Source: an uncultured Chromatiaceae bacterium
Lineage (GTDB): Bacteria; Pseudomonadota; Gammaproteobacteria; Steroidobacterales; GCA-2729495
Direction of reading: 5' to 3'
Length of the DNA stretch: 64,000 bases
NCBI GenBank assembly: GCA_964403135.1
Contig: CAYOFE010000001.1
Span: 1,647-65,646, forward strand
Numbering within the stretch: position 1 is the first letter of the stretch; the number at the start of each line of letters is the position of its first letter. A model generated the notes under the pieces. It was not told the DNA's origin. It searched no databases and saw nothing but the letters and a program-made list of their open reading frames with translations. This document shows positions 21,968-33,721 of this stretch, one piece after another. The position numbers and the translations under genes are program-made.

Positions 21968-22270
21968 CTAACTCGGCTTACGCCACGGATAGGTATGTTG
22001 ATAGTTGTATTCGAGATCCGACAACTTATTTTCTGCCCATTTCACAGCCTCGCTGACTGCCACGTCCGGAAGCCTCGGATCATTTGGCAGCTCCCTTATC
22101 ACATTACTCGAGTTACATGCCCCGGCCGTCATCGAGGCTCCCGGCACGCCATCCCAGCGAAGCGGTACCGTAACCCAATTGTTGTCTTTGCAAAGCTTGA
22201 TTTCTGCCGAAATCGCGGTCGGAGGCGCGACTCCGACCGCGATTTCCGAGATCGAGGAGGGGCACCACAT
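21968..22270 (-). CDS. Hypothetical protein (weak call)
   Basis: 100-aa ORF in an AT-richer islet. Its codon third positions look more coding-like than the opposite frame. No family recognised. The 5' end runs through a perfect hairpin. Confidence 0.3.
   Translation of the reverse strand: MWCPSSISEIAVGVAPPTAISAEIKLCKDNNWVTVPLRWDGVPGASMTAGACNSSNVIRELPNDPRLPDVAVSEAVKWAENKLSDLEYNYQHTYPWRKPS
22209..22246. repeat. Perfect 15-bp inverted repeat (hairpin)
   Basis: GAAATCGCGGTCGGA (22209-22223), 8-nt loop, TCCGACCGCGATTTC (22232-22246). Confidence 0.8.
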
Positions 22271-22625
22271 CCGGCACTGAGCGGTTGGCGGGCAGATACG
22301 GCTGTCGAATCTCGTCCTGCTCTGCCGGCATCATCATCGACTGGTGCACGAGAGCGGGTTCGGTGTCGAGATCCTCGACGATGGCGCACTGCGCTTCGTG
22401 CAGCCGGACGGGCAGTCGTTGTCAGAATCGGGCGAGCGGCACGTTCCGGTTCACTGGCAGCAGCTCACGGAGCAGAACCACGCGCTTGGGCTCGACATTG
22501 ACACCGGAACCGGCATCACCCGCTGGGGCGGGGAGCCGATGGATTACGACATCGCGATCGACTGCATGATGCGGCGGGATGGATTGTGGCCACCGCACGT
22601 TTCCGCGGAAACGTCACTCCAATAA
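22251..22625 (+). pseudogene. HNH endonuclease remnant (DUF222/13E12-like C-terminal part)
   Basis: Reads IEEGHHIRH-TGA-AVGGQIRLSNLVLLCRHHHRLVHESGF. The in-frame TGA at 22278-22280 sits where the family has Trp (HHxxHW). No intact N-terminal region is present. Confidence 0.6.
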
Positions 22626-22849
22626 TCCGCTTGGTTCCGGCCCGGACAACCAGGCGAGGTGCGACGGACGCGTTGACGCAACCTCGTGCCGAAGCTCCGT
22701 TTTCGCACCTGTTGATCAACAAGGGCCTTGATCGCCGGGGGAAGGGCTACCAACCGGACAGCGACCCAGGTACGAGCGCGGGGCGCCGTGGAAATGTGTC
22801 GGCGTGCGCCTCGATAACGAGGGTCAGAGTCGTCGTTTAAGGTTCCGGT

Positions 22850-23140
22850 ATGCCCAAATCAGCCTGGAAAACTGCAGCAAAATCAGCTTCACTTTCTGAG
22901 GTGAAGCGCAAGTTTTCGCGCTACCTCAAAAAGGCAGCGAATCGGGAGATCGTCATTACGCGCCATGGCAAGCCTGCGGGCGTACTTATTGGTTTCAAAT
23001 CTGAGGATGAGTGGCTGGAATACCGCCTCGAAGATGATCCGCGTTTTCTGGAGCGTATCGCCAATGCTAGGGCCAGTCTGCGCGCCGGCCGTGGAGTCCG
23101 CCTGGAAGACGTCAAGCCGGAGAAGGTGCGTTCTACCTGA
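22850..23140 (+). CDS. Phd/YefM-family type II antitoxin
   Basis: 96 aa. SLSEVKRKFSRYLKKAANREIVITRHGKPAGVLIGF is typical of Phd/YefM N-domains. Confidence 0.7.
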   Translation: MPKSAWKTAAKSASLSEVKRKFSRYLKKAANREIVITRHGKPAGVLIGFKSEDEWLEYRLEDDPRFLERIANARASLRAGRGVRLEDVKPEKVRST

Positions 23141-23325
23141 TCGCTACGCGGGTGAGATGGCACACGTAAATCCGTTCCGGTTCACCAGCGGGAGGTCACA
23201 GTCCGAAGCTGCGGGACAGGTTGTGGCCAGACGTTTCCGCGGCAACGTCTTGGCTGCGAACTACCAATACCATTCGTGAAGCGCTTTCTGCAGCGAGCGC
23301 AAGCCCGAAAATCAACCGATTCGCC

Positions 23326-23349
23326 GGCGCGGCTAAAGCCGCTCCTACA
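23326..23349 (-). repeat. REP-like element (single)
   Basis: Reverse complement reads TGTAGGAGCGGCTTTAGCCGCGCC, with a GCGGCT/AGCCGC stem. Confidence 0.5.
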
Positions 23350-23375
23350 GAAGGGGTTGCCGGTACAATTCCCCC

Positions 23376-25442
<2,067 letters not shown>

Positions 25443-25461
25443 TCTGGGGCATCATCGCATC

Positions 25462-26064
25462 ATGAAAGACGACGTCATCGGCCTGAAGCGGCTGCGCCCG
25501 CAACCCGACAAGCGCCTGACCTTCCTGCAGGGCTTCCTGCGCAAGCCACAGCAGGTCGGCTCGGTGGTGCCGAGCTCGCGCTTCCTGGAGCGGCGGCTGG
25601 TACGCATCGCCGACATCGCCTCCTCCAACGTCGTCGTCGAGCTCGGGCCCGGCACCGGCGGCACCACGCGCGCGATTCTGCGTGCGCTGCCCACGCACGG
25701 GCGATTGCTGGCGATCGAGATCGACCCCGAATTCGCCGCCTTGCTGCGCCGGGAGTGCCATGATCCGCGGCTGATCGTGCACCAGGGCAGTGCCGAGCAC
25801 ATCCGCGCGACGCTTGCCGCGCATGGCGTGCTACGCGCCGACGCGGTGATCTCGGGTATTCCCTTCTCGACCATGCCGGAGCCGCTCGGCGAGTGGATCA
25901 TCCGCGAAGTGCACGATGCCCTCGCACCCGGCGGGCGCTTTGTCGCCTACCAGTTCCGCGATCGTGTCGCCGAGCTCGGCCGCAGCGTGTTCGGTCCGCC
26001 GGACGTGGACCTCGAGCCGCTGAACATGCCGCCGGTGCGGGTGTACTGCTGGCGCAAGTCGTAG
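25462..26064 (+). CDS. Class I SAM-dependent methyltransferase (phospholipid N-methyltransferase-like)
   Basis: Start moved to ATG 25462 (MKDDVIGL). Motif I is VVELGPGTGGTT. Confidence 0.7.
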   Translation: MKDDVIGLKRLRPQPDKRLTFLQGFLRKPQQVGSVVPSSRFLERRLVRIADIASSNVVVELGPGTGGTTRAILRALPTHGRLLAIEIDPEFAALLRRECHDPRLIVHQGSAEHIRATLAAHGVLRADAVISGIPFSTMPEPLGEWIIREVHDALAPGGRFVAYQFRDRVAELGRSVFGPPDVDLEPLNMPPVRVYCWRKS

Positions 26065-26119
26065 ATCGCCCGGCGCCTGAGCGTCGGTCGGCGGTTCACC
26101 TGTCCGGAGCTGGCCTCTA

Positions 26120-26680
26120 CGCCAGCGGCCTACCGGCGAAGCGCTTGTCGCGCTGACTGGGTGTCGCGCTCCTTCGCGCAGTCCCGTTTGCCCTGCCGGC
26201 TTGCCCTGCGGGTGCCCTCGCCGGGCTCGCTTGCAGCGGTGCCCGCGCCAAGGGCCGTCCCTGACCCTGGCGCGGGGCGGGGCGCCCACGAGGGCCAACA
26301 GAGCGGTGTCGGCTGTCGCGCACCGAACTTCAGTGCTCGTTTGGAAAAGCACTGAAGTTTGGCGCCCGATCACCAACCATATCCTTCAAACGACACCGGG
26401 GCGCCAGCCCTCGCAAGCTTCGCCCGCTCGGCAAGCCAGCTTGAGGGTCGGTACGGGACTGACCGAAGGAACGCTCTCGAACCTCACCGCGAGTATCGCT
26501 GCCGTGTCAGCGGCCGCAGGCGATGTGCTCTGAGCGAGCCGGATGGGCCATTCGAGCGGGGCAAGCTGGGATGCCGGCCCGCTACCGGCGGGCCGGCGAC
26601 AGCTTGCAGGGTTCAGTCACTGCCGTACGCCGGCTCATGGCCGGCTCACGAAGAGTACATTCGCCGGTAGGCCGCGGGCG
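26120..26680. repeat. MITE-like non-coding structured repeat (copy B)
   Basis: Flanking inverted repeat 26125-26140 / 26660-26675 (16/16). Shares a 26-nt module (26179-26204) and a ~123-nt module (26508-26630) with copy A. Perfect 12-bp hairpin at 26326-26359. Confidence 0.55.
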
Positions 26681-26735
26681 CTGTACTGCGGTGGCGTAAT
26701 TGCGGCGCATCGCCAAGAGGCCACGTGCGCTGACG

Positions 26736-28922
26736 TCAGGAAAGTCGCAGCGGCAGATCGCGCAGCCGCCGGCCGGTCGCGGCGAACACCGCGTTCGCCA
26801 CCGCCGGTGCGATCGGCGGCGTGCCCGGCTCGCCGACGCCGCTGAGTTTTGCGCCTGTCTCCACGATATGCACGTCGATCTGCGGCGAATCGTGTAGCCG
26901 GAGCATCGGGTAATCGTGGAAGTTGGTCTGCCGGACGCACCCGTTCTCGATGGTGATCTCGCCGTAGAGCGCCGCGGTGAGGCCGAACAGGATGCCACCC
27001 TCCATCTGCTGGCGTACGATGTCGGGATTGATGGCGAAACCGCAGTCCACTGCGCAGGTGACGCGGTGCACGCGGATCCCCTGCTCCGCGTGCACCGAGA
27101 CCTCGGCCACCTGCGCGACCACCGCACCGAAGGCCTCGTGCACCGCGAGCCCGTGATGATGTCCTGCTGAGACACGGCCCCAGCCGGAGACCTCGATGAC
27201 CTTGTCGAGCACCGCCAGGTGCCGCGGGCGATCCTTCAATAGCTTGCGGCGAAACGCCGCCGGGTCTTCTCCCGCGCGCGAGGCAAGCTCATCGATGAAG
27301 GTTTCGACCACAAAGGCGTTGTAGGAATTGCCGACCGAGCGCCAGATGCCGATCGGGATGCCGGGGTTCCATTCCAGCGTGTCCACCGCGACGTTCGGGA
27401 TCGCGTACGGCATGGTCACCGCGCCATCGCGCGCCTGGAATGGCCCGAGCGCCCAGGTGGCGAAGCGACCGGCACCGCCTGCCAGCCAACCCACCATCGG
27501 CCGTGGCCACCACTCCGGCGCGATCGCCGGCAGCGCCAGCGGCAGGATCTGGTTGCTCAGCGAGCCCGCGACCAGACGATGGCTCCACGCGATCGGCTGG
27601 TCGTTCGCGTCGATGGCCGCTTTCGCACGGTGCACGGTGGCCTGCCGGTAGAACCCGTGGCGCATGTCGTCCTCGCGGCTAAAGACGAGCTTCACCGCCA
27701 CGCCGGCCTGCTGCGCGATCGCGGTGGCCTCTGCCACGTAATCCAGCAGCGCGCGCCGCCCGAAGCCGCCGCCACAGAACGTGCTGTGCACCGTCACCTG
27801 CTCGCGTGCCAGGCCGGTAATGTTGCAGACGATCTGCCGCGCCATGTCCGGGCCCTGGCTCGGCACCCAGATCTCCGCGGCATCGGGACTCAGCGCCACG
27901 GTACAGTTCATCGGCTCCATAGTGGCGTGGGCCAGATACGGAAACGTGTACTCGGCCTCGACGACATCACGGGCATTGGCGAACGCCTCGTCGGCGTCAC
28001 CGTCATCGCGCACGCGGTCTCCGGGCTCGCTGTCGAGACGGCGCCGTTGCTCCGCATGCACCGATGCGGTGCCGGTTATAGCCAGCGGGCCGCTCTGCCA
28101 CTCAACAGCCAGCATCTCCGCCGCGCGACGCGCGTGCCAGAAGCTGTCAGCGACCACGGCGATGCCGGTGGGAATCGCGTACACGCCGTGCACGCCCGGA
28201 GCGGCGCGCGCCGCGGCATCGTCGACGCGGGCGATACTGCCGCCGATCTCGTGGCTGCGCACCACGACGGCGGTCATCAGACCTGGCATTTGCACGTCGA
28301 TGCCGTATTGCGCGACACCACGCACCTTAGCCGGAGCGTCCGGCCGCGGCACGGCATGACCGATATAGCGGAAGTTCTCGCGCGTACGCAGCTCAACTTG
28401 CTCCGGCACCGGCCGCTGCGCCGCCTGCGTGGCGAGTTCGGCGTAAGCGAGGCGCTCGCCCGCGGCGTTCACGACGAAGCCTTCGCCGTTGCTGCGCACC
28501 GCATCGCGCGCCACGCCCCAGCGGGCGGCCGCCGCATCGCGCAGCATCTGGCGGGCCGCCGCACCGGTCTCGCGCAGCACGTGCCAGCGCATGACCATGC
28601 TTTTGCTCTCGCCGGTGACCATGGTCGGGTCCTGGAACAGCGGGTGCACCGGCGCGAAGCGCACCGTGATCCGCGCCGGCGGCACATCGAGTTCCTCCGC
28701 GATGCAGGTCACGAAGCCGGTGATCACGCCCTGGCCGAGCTCGGCCTTGTCGACCTGCAGGATGATTTCTCCGCTGGGTGTGATCTGCAGGTAGGCATTG
28801 GGCTCGAGTGCATCGGCGTCGGCGGTGAACCGGCGCTTGTCCGGGTCAGGGCGCAGCCAGGTCAGCGCGAGACCGCCGCCGGCGACCAGCGCGGCGCCAA
28901 TCAGCAATCGGCGGCGATTCAC
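26736..28922 (-). CDS. Molybdopterin-binding oxidoreductase large subunit (IorB / aldehyde oxidase family), Tat-exported
   Basis: Twin-arginine leader [20 protein letters not shown]. 728 aa with xanthine dehydrogenase-family Mo-binding domains. Confidence 0.85.
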   Translation of the reverse strand: MNRRRLLIGAALVAGGGLALTWLRPDPDKRRFTADADALEPNAYLQITPSGEIILQVDKAELGQGVITGFVTCIAEELDVPPARITVRFAPVHPLFQDPTMVTGESKSMVMRWHVLRETGAAARQMLRDAAAARWGVARDAVRSNGEGFVVNAAGERLAYAELATQAAQRPVPEQVELRTRENFRYIGHAVPRPDAPAKVRGVAQYGIDVQMPGLMTAVVVRSHEIGGSIARVDDAAARAAPGVHGVYAIPTGIAVVADSFWHARRAAEMLAVEWQSGPLAITGTASVHAEQRRRLDSEPGDRVRDDGDADEAFANARDVVEAEYTFPYLAHATMEPMNCTVALSPDAAEIWVPSQGPDMARQIVCNITGLAREQVTVHSTFCGGGFGRRALLDYVAEATAIAQQAGVAVKLVFSREDDMRHGFYRQATVHRAKAAIDANDQPIAWSHRLVAGSLSNQILPLALPAIAPEWWPRPMVGWLAGGAGRFATWALGPFQARDGAVTMPYAIPNVAVDTLEWNPGIPIGIWRSVGNSYNAFVVETFIDELASRAGEDPAAFRRKLLKDRPRHLAVLDKVIEVSGWGRVSAGHHHGLAVHEAFGAVVAQVAEVSVHAEQGIRVHRVTCAVDCGFAINPDIVRQQMEGGILFGLTAALYGEITIENGCVRQTNFHDYPMLRLHDSPQIDVHIVETGAKLSGVGEPGTPPIAPAVANAVFAATGRRLRDLPLRLS

Positions 28923-28929
28923 AGACCGG

Positions 28930-29751
28930 CTACCAGGGGATCGGCTTGCCGTCCACGTTAATGGGAATCCCGGGATCCTCGGCGGTCATCGCCTCGATGA
29001 TCTTCGCCATGCCGGCAGCGCTTTGCGCGGGGGTAAGCGACTTGCCGCGGTAGCCCGAGTCAAACAGCAGCTGCGTATCGACCATGCCCGGCGCGACCAG
29101 CCCGACGATGATGCCGCGCGGTTTCAGGTCGGCGCGCAAACCGCGGAAGCCCATGTTCAGCGCCGCTTTGCTCATGCGGTAGTTGTAGAAGCCCGACATC
29201 CTGCCCATTAACTCCAGCGAACCGAGCCCGCTGGTCAGCGCGATGATCTTCTTCTGCTGGCTCGCCGCCACGTGCTCGGCAAACGCCTCGGAGACCTTCA
29301 ACGGGCCGAACACGTTGACCTTCATCACCCGCTCGAACTCGCCGTAGTCCAGCCCACCGACTTTCTGCTTCGGCAGGTCGCCGAGCACCGCGGCGTTATT
29401 GATCAGCAGATCGATCGGCGTGCCGCGATAGCGCTCGGCCATATCCTCTATCCCCCGGTGATCGGCCACGTCGAGCTTTTCGACAATCACTTTCGGATTC
29501 TGCGCGGCCAGCGCCTTGAGATCGGCCGCCTCTTCCGGCTTGCGGCAGGTGGCGATCACCCTCCAGCCGGCGCCGGCGTAGTGCTGCGCGAGCGCCAGGC
29601 CGATGCCGCGGTTGGCGCCGGTCACCAGCACTGTGGAGCCGGCGGCCCCGACCGGCGGATTCTCAACGGCCATGACCGTCGTGTTCACGGACATGAATAC
29701 CGCCAGAGAAGCGGCCAAGGCCGGGCCGTAATCCATCAACTTGCGTAACAT
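28930..29751 (-). CDS. Short-chain dehydrogenase/reductase with N-terminal hydrophobic leader
   Basis: [11 protein letters not shown] cofactor motif. Start placed at [20 protein letters not shown] (29751). Its stop lies 7 nt before the IorB-like start. Confidence 0.8.
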   Translation of the reverse strand: MLRKLMDYGPALAASLAVFMSVNTTVMAVENPPVGAAGSTVLVTGANRGIGLALAQHYAGAGWRVIATCRKPEEAADLKALAAQNPKVIVEKLDVADHRGIEDMAERYRGTPIDLLINNAAVLGDLPKQKVGGLDYGEFERVMKVNVFGPLKVSEAFAEHVAASQQKKIIALTSGLGSLELMGRMSGFYNYRMSKAALNMGFRGLRADLKPRGIIVGLVAPGMVDTQLLFDSGYRGKSLTPAQSAAGMAKIIEAMTAEDPGIPINVDGKPIPW

Positions 29752-29824
29752 GCGGGAAACTCCAACCCATAAAGCGTCGCGGCACCTTGCAGTCAAGCCG
29801 TAAGAATTTCAAGCGCGGCGCGCG

Positions 29825-31453
29825 TCAGGGGCTCGGGCCGATCGGGGGATTGGAGAACGGATCGGCGGCCTTCGCCGGGGCCATGCCGCGATGCATGCGC
29901 TGCCAGCGCGCCGGATCGTTCGGCTCGCCCTCGCCGCCAAATCGCGCCGTATCGGGATATGGGAACACCGGGCGCACCAGCAGCGCCGCGGTTGCCGGCA
30001 GCGGGAAACGCGGCTGGCGCTGCGACGCGGGCACACTGTCAGGCATGCGATAGGCGATCAGCCTGTCCGGCGCCTCGTCGTGTTCCACCCAGCGCTCCAG
30101 GACGGTGAGGAAATCGACGTCGCCCGCGCCGGGGCCACCCCCGCAGTGCGTCACGCCCGGCAACATGTACAGCCGCGCGAACTCGGCAAGTTTTTCCTGC
30201 CCGCCCGCCGCGCGCTGCGCCTTGTGCCAGTAATCGAGCGTATGTGACGGCATCAGGCTTTCGTCGGCCCAGCCGTGATAGACGATGAGCCGTCCGTCCC
30301 GCGCGCGGAAGCGCGCCAGTTGCGGCGAGAAATGCACTTGCCGGGCGACCGCTTCGAGCCGCGCCGGATCGCGATCGAAGTCGAACACAAACGGCCCGCT
30401 GTTCAGGGGCGGGTCGGGCTCGTACGCATGGTACTGGGACCAGTTCTGGCCGATGAACCGGAAATACGGCGGCTTGCCGCCCGCGCCGAGCAGCTGCTGC
30501 GCCCAGGCGAACTCGCTGCCGACCGCCGCACCGAACGGCGCCAGGCGCTGGCCGCGGCCGTTCACCGGCCCGTAGTAGATCTTCAGGGCCGCATTGACCT
30601 GCCCGCGGTCGAGGCATTCCTTCGGGCCGCCGTCGCGGCACAGCAGGGCTTCCGGCGTGAAGGCGCAGGACGGCGGATCGCCGATGACGCCGTCCTGCAC
30701 GCCGTCGTCCGCATCGCAGGTGTCAAGCGCCGCCCGGTGCAGCAGCTCGAACTGGGCCCTGGCGAGAATCGGCGTGCCGTCGGGCGCGGTATTGGACCGA
30801 TCCGCCCAGATCATTTGCGGAACCGACAGCGCCTGGTGAAACGGCGCGCCGGCGATGATGCCGTCGAAATCGTCCGGATAACGCGAGGCGGCGACGAGCC
30901 CCTGCCGCCCGCCCGTCGAGCAGCCGCGGAAAAAGCTGTGTGCCTCACGACTGCCGTAGTAGGCTCGCACGAGTTCCTTCGCCAGCACGACGGCCAGGTG
31001 CGTGGCGCGATGCGCGAAATCGAGTTCCAGCGCCGCGTTATTGAACGCCCAGCTGCTGCCCGGGTACTTCTTCTCGCTGTGTCCCATGTCCGTGGTGACG
31101 GTGGCGTAGCCGCGCGCGGCAGCGTCCTCCATCTGGTCGGCGCGGATCACGCCGCACAAGCCATAGCAGCCGGCCGTGAAAAGCTTCGCGTTCCACCCCT
31201 CCACCGGCAGCCACGCCTCGATGCCAACTTCCGGGGCAATCGTGCCAGTCGCGCGGCAACGCGCCGGCAAGTCCCGCTCGGCAGGCATGACCGAGGCTTT
31301 CACCGCGACCGCGGCACCCACCGCCTCGTTGAAATCCAGCGCGCCGAGCACGACGCATTCCTCTGCGCTGATTTCACCGCTGGCTACTGCCGGCAGCAGC
31401 GCGCCGAGCATCAGCAAGCAAGTGGCGTAACGCCTCGATGCGGTTCGGTCCAC
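29825..31453 (-). CDS. Tannase / feruloyl esterase family hydrolase (exported)
   Basis: Signal peptide and GCSTGGRQG nucleophile motif. 542 aa. Confidence 0.85.
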   Translation of the reverse strand: MDRTASRRYATCLLMLGALLPAVASGEISAEECVVLGALDFNEAVGAAVAVKASVMPAERDLPARCRATGTIAPEVGIEAWLPVEGWNAKLFTAGCYGLCGVIRADQMEDAAARGYATVTTDMGHSEKKYPGSSWAFNNAALELDFAHRATHLAVVLAKELVRAYYGSREAHSFFRGCSTGGRQGLVAASRYPDDFDGIIAGAPFHQALSVPQMIWADRSNTAPDGTPILARAQFELLHRAALDTCDADDGVQDGVIGDPPSCAFTPEALLCRDGGPKECLDRGQVNAALKIYYGPVNGRGQRLAPFGAAVGSEFAWAQQLLGAGGKPPYFRFIGQNWSQYHAYEPDPPLNSGPFVFDFDRDPARLEAVARQVHFSPQLARFRARDGRLIVYHGWADESLMPSHTLDYWHKAQRAAGGQEKLAEFARLYMLPGVTHCGGGPGAGDVDFLTVLERWVEHDEAPDRLIAYRMPDSVPASQRQPRFPLPATAALLVRPVFPYPDTARFGGEGEPNDPARWQRMHRGMAPAKAADPFSNPPIGPSP

Positions 31454-31537
31454 GTCCGGCGGCTCCGGTGACTGCGAACCGCAAGGTGCCGCACTCGCAT
31501 CGGGCGGTCAAGGCGGCGCGCGCCTTGTGGCATATTA

Positions 31538-32797
31538 ATGACCTACACCCCCGCGAATGACATGCTGATCAACCGGCCCCGAGCCCAGGAGATCCTCACC
31601 CGCGAACGGCTTGACGGGCTCGTCGCCGTGCGGCCGATCAACAGCTACTACCTGAGCGATTACTGGGGTGCTTTCAATACGCCGGTCGGCTATGACGGCA
31701 GCTACTTTGCGGTACTGCCGAAGAATGAGAACGAGCCCGCCGGGCTGGTGGTGCCGGCCGTGGAGATCCGGCGGCTGGAAACCACTGGCGGCACCTGGAT
31801 GCCGAATGTCTTCGCCTACTCCTCGCCCGTCGCCAACGCCGAGGCGTTCGACGACAACACCCCGCGGGGCGCCGAATACCTGGGCTGGCCGGCCCGCGAG
31901 GGCGCCACGCTCACTCCGCTCGATGAACAATGGCTGATCATTACTCGCCGCCTGGGTCAGTCCATGTCACCGGATGCGCGCTGGGCGCTGGCCCGTGCCG
32001 TGAAAGCGGCCGGCCTGGAGCGCAGCCACCTCGTCGTGGATGACCCGCGCGTGTACGGCTGGCTTGCCGCCTGCGGGCTCACTCGCGCCAAGTGCCTGTT
32101 CGCGCCGGAGTTCTTCAACGAAATCCGCATGGTCAAGACCGGTGCGGAAATCGACATTCTGCGCCGGGCCGCCCGCATCAACGAGAGGGCGCTGCTCGCC
32201 GCGGCCGACGGCATGCGTGAGGGCGCAACCTGGATCGAAATCGAAAACCTCTATCACATGGAGATGGCCCGCCAGGGCGGGCGCGGTGTGTATCTGATGT
32301 GCGGGCTCGGCGAGCTGCCGGCGGGAAAAGTGCGCCGGGGCGAGCCCGTACTCTTCGATGCACTGGGCCAGTACCGGCACTACCACGGCGATTTCGGCCG
32401 CTGCGCCGTGGTGGGCGAACCTTCCGCCGAGCATCGTGCCCGGCACGCCGCCATCTGCCGGGGCTGGGAGGCAGCGCTCGAAGTGCTCAGGCCGGGAAAG
32501 CGCTACAGCGATGTCTCGCGCACGGTGGGCGATGCGGTGCGCGCGGCAGGCATCCGCGATTTCCGCGATCCGATCGTGCACGGCCTCGGCCTCGAGCACA
32601 CCGACGATCCCAAGCCCGCCTGCGTGCAGCCGCAGACCAAGCCCGACCAGGTGCTGGCCGAGAACATGGTCGTCAACGTCGACATGCCCCATACCGAAAT
32701 CGGCTGGGGCTCGGTGCACATGGAGGATACCGTGCGCATCACCGCCAACGGCTGCGAGCGGCTGGGAACGGCGGATTTCAGTATGCGGATATCGTAG
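31538..32797 (+). CDS. M24-family metallopeptidase (Xaa-Pro peptidase / creatinase-like)
   Basis: Creatinase-like N-domain plus pita-bread C-domain (FDALGQYRHYHGDFGR, VHGLGLEH). Confidence 0.8.
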   Translation: MTYTPANDMLINRPRAQEILTRERLDGLVAVRPINSYYLSDYWGAFNTPVGYDGSYFAVLPKNENEPAGLVVPAVEIRRLETTGGTWMPNVFAYSSPVANAEAFDDNTPRGAEYLGWPAREGATLTPLDEQWLIITRRLGQSMSPDARWALARAVKAAGLERSHLVVDDPRVYGWLAACGLTRAKCLFAPEFFNEIRMVKTGAEIDILRRAARINERALLAAADGMREGATWIEIENLYHMEMARQGGRGVYLMCGLGELPAGKVRRGEPVLFDALGQYRHYHGDFGRCAVVGEPSAEHRARHAAICRGWEAALEVLRPGKRYSDVSRTVGDAVRAAGIRDFRDPIVHGLGLEHTDDPKPACVQPQTKPDQVLAENMVVNVDMPHTEIGWGSVHMEDTVRITANGCERLGTADFSMRIS

Positions 32798-32852
32798 GAG
32801 CGGCACCAGTCGCAACCGGGAATTACCCTGTGGGCGCGACGCCAGTCGCGAC
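32793..32852 (+). repeat. REP-like doublet
   Basis: CGTAGGAGCGGCACCAGTCGCAACC ... TGTGGGCGCGACGCCAGTCGCGAC. Same organisation as 4142-4194 in inverted orientation. Confidence 0.6.
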
Positions 32853-32878
32853 TAAACGAAAAAACCGGAGAACAAACC

Positions 32879-33721
32879 ATGATCAGGATCTCAGCCGTCA
32901 TCGCCCTCCTCGCCGCGCTCACGGCCTGCGCCACGAACGTCGCCGGCCGACGGCAGCTGATGCTGGTTTCCGAACAGCAGGCGATCGCCGCTTCGAAGCA
33001 GCAGTACCTGCAGACCATGGACAAGCTCGGCTCGGAGGGCAAGCTCGTCACCGATCCGCGCATGGTGAAGCGCATCAGCATCATAACGGGGCGTCTTGTC
33101 GCGCAGGCGATCGAGGTCCGACCGGAAACCAAGAGCTGGGAGTGGAGCGTGCGGATCATCGACGACGCGAAGACGATCAATGCCTGGTGCATGGCCGGCG
33201 GCCGCATGGCCATCTACACCGGGCTGATCCGGAAGCTCGATCCGACCGATGACGAGCTCGCCCAGGTGATGGGCCACGAGATCAGCCATGCGCTGCTCAA
33301 TCACACCGCCGAGCGGATGTCGATGGCGATGGCATCGCAGCTCGGCGCGGTTGCCGCCGGGGTGGCGACCGACAGTGGCGCGGTCATGGCCGGCACCGCC
33401 GGGCTTGCCCAGCTCGGGTTGTTGCTGCCGAACAGCCGTGCCTCCGAGGCCGAGGCGGACCGCGTCGGCATGGAAATCGCAGCGCGAGCGGGCTACGACC
33501 CGCGCGCGGCAGCCACCCTGTGGCAGAAAATGGCCAAGGCCGGCGGTGCCGGTCCGCCCCAATTCCTGAGCACGCACCCCAGCCCGGGGAATCGCCAGCA
33601 GGCGCTCGCCGCGCTGGCGCCGCAGTACATGGCGCTGTACCAGGCGCCCGGCGAGCGGCCGCTCTACAAATTATCGGCGGCGCCGAAAACGACGTCCGGC
33701 GCCAAGGCCACGGTGCGCTAG
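32879..33721 (+). CDS. M48-family metallopeptidase lipoprotein
   Basis: Lipobox LTAC and HEISHAL zinc motif. Confidence 0.85.
   Translation: MIRISAVIALLAALTACATNVAGRRQLMLVSEQQAIAASKQQYLQTMDKLGSEGKLVTDPRMVKRISIITGRLVAQAIEVRPETKSWEWSVRIIDDAKTINAWCMAGGRMAIYTGLIRKLDPTDDELAQVMGHEISHALLNHTAERMSMAMASQLGAVAAGVATDSGAVMAGTAGLAQLGLLLPNSRASEAEADRVGMEIAARAGYDPRAAATLWQKMAKAGGAGPPQFLSTHPSPGNRQQALAALAPQYMALYQAPGERPLYKLSAAPKTTSGAKATVR

Noticed and set aside
22005-22250. Extending the HNH pseudogene upstream along plus-strand ORF 22005-22280
   Set aside because: Only the last about 10 codons (IEEGHHIRH) look HNH-like. The rest is Ser/Leu/Thr-rich with no Cys pair or DUF222-like sequence, and the opposite strand looks more coding-like.
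23157-23279. 40-aa ORF downstream of the Phd-type antitoxin as the cognate toxin
   Set aside because: It has no resemblance to RelE/ParE/YoeB/Doc/PIN families and is too short for them. It is kept only as a test suggestion, not as a feature.
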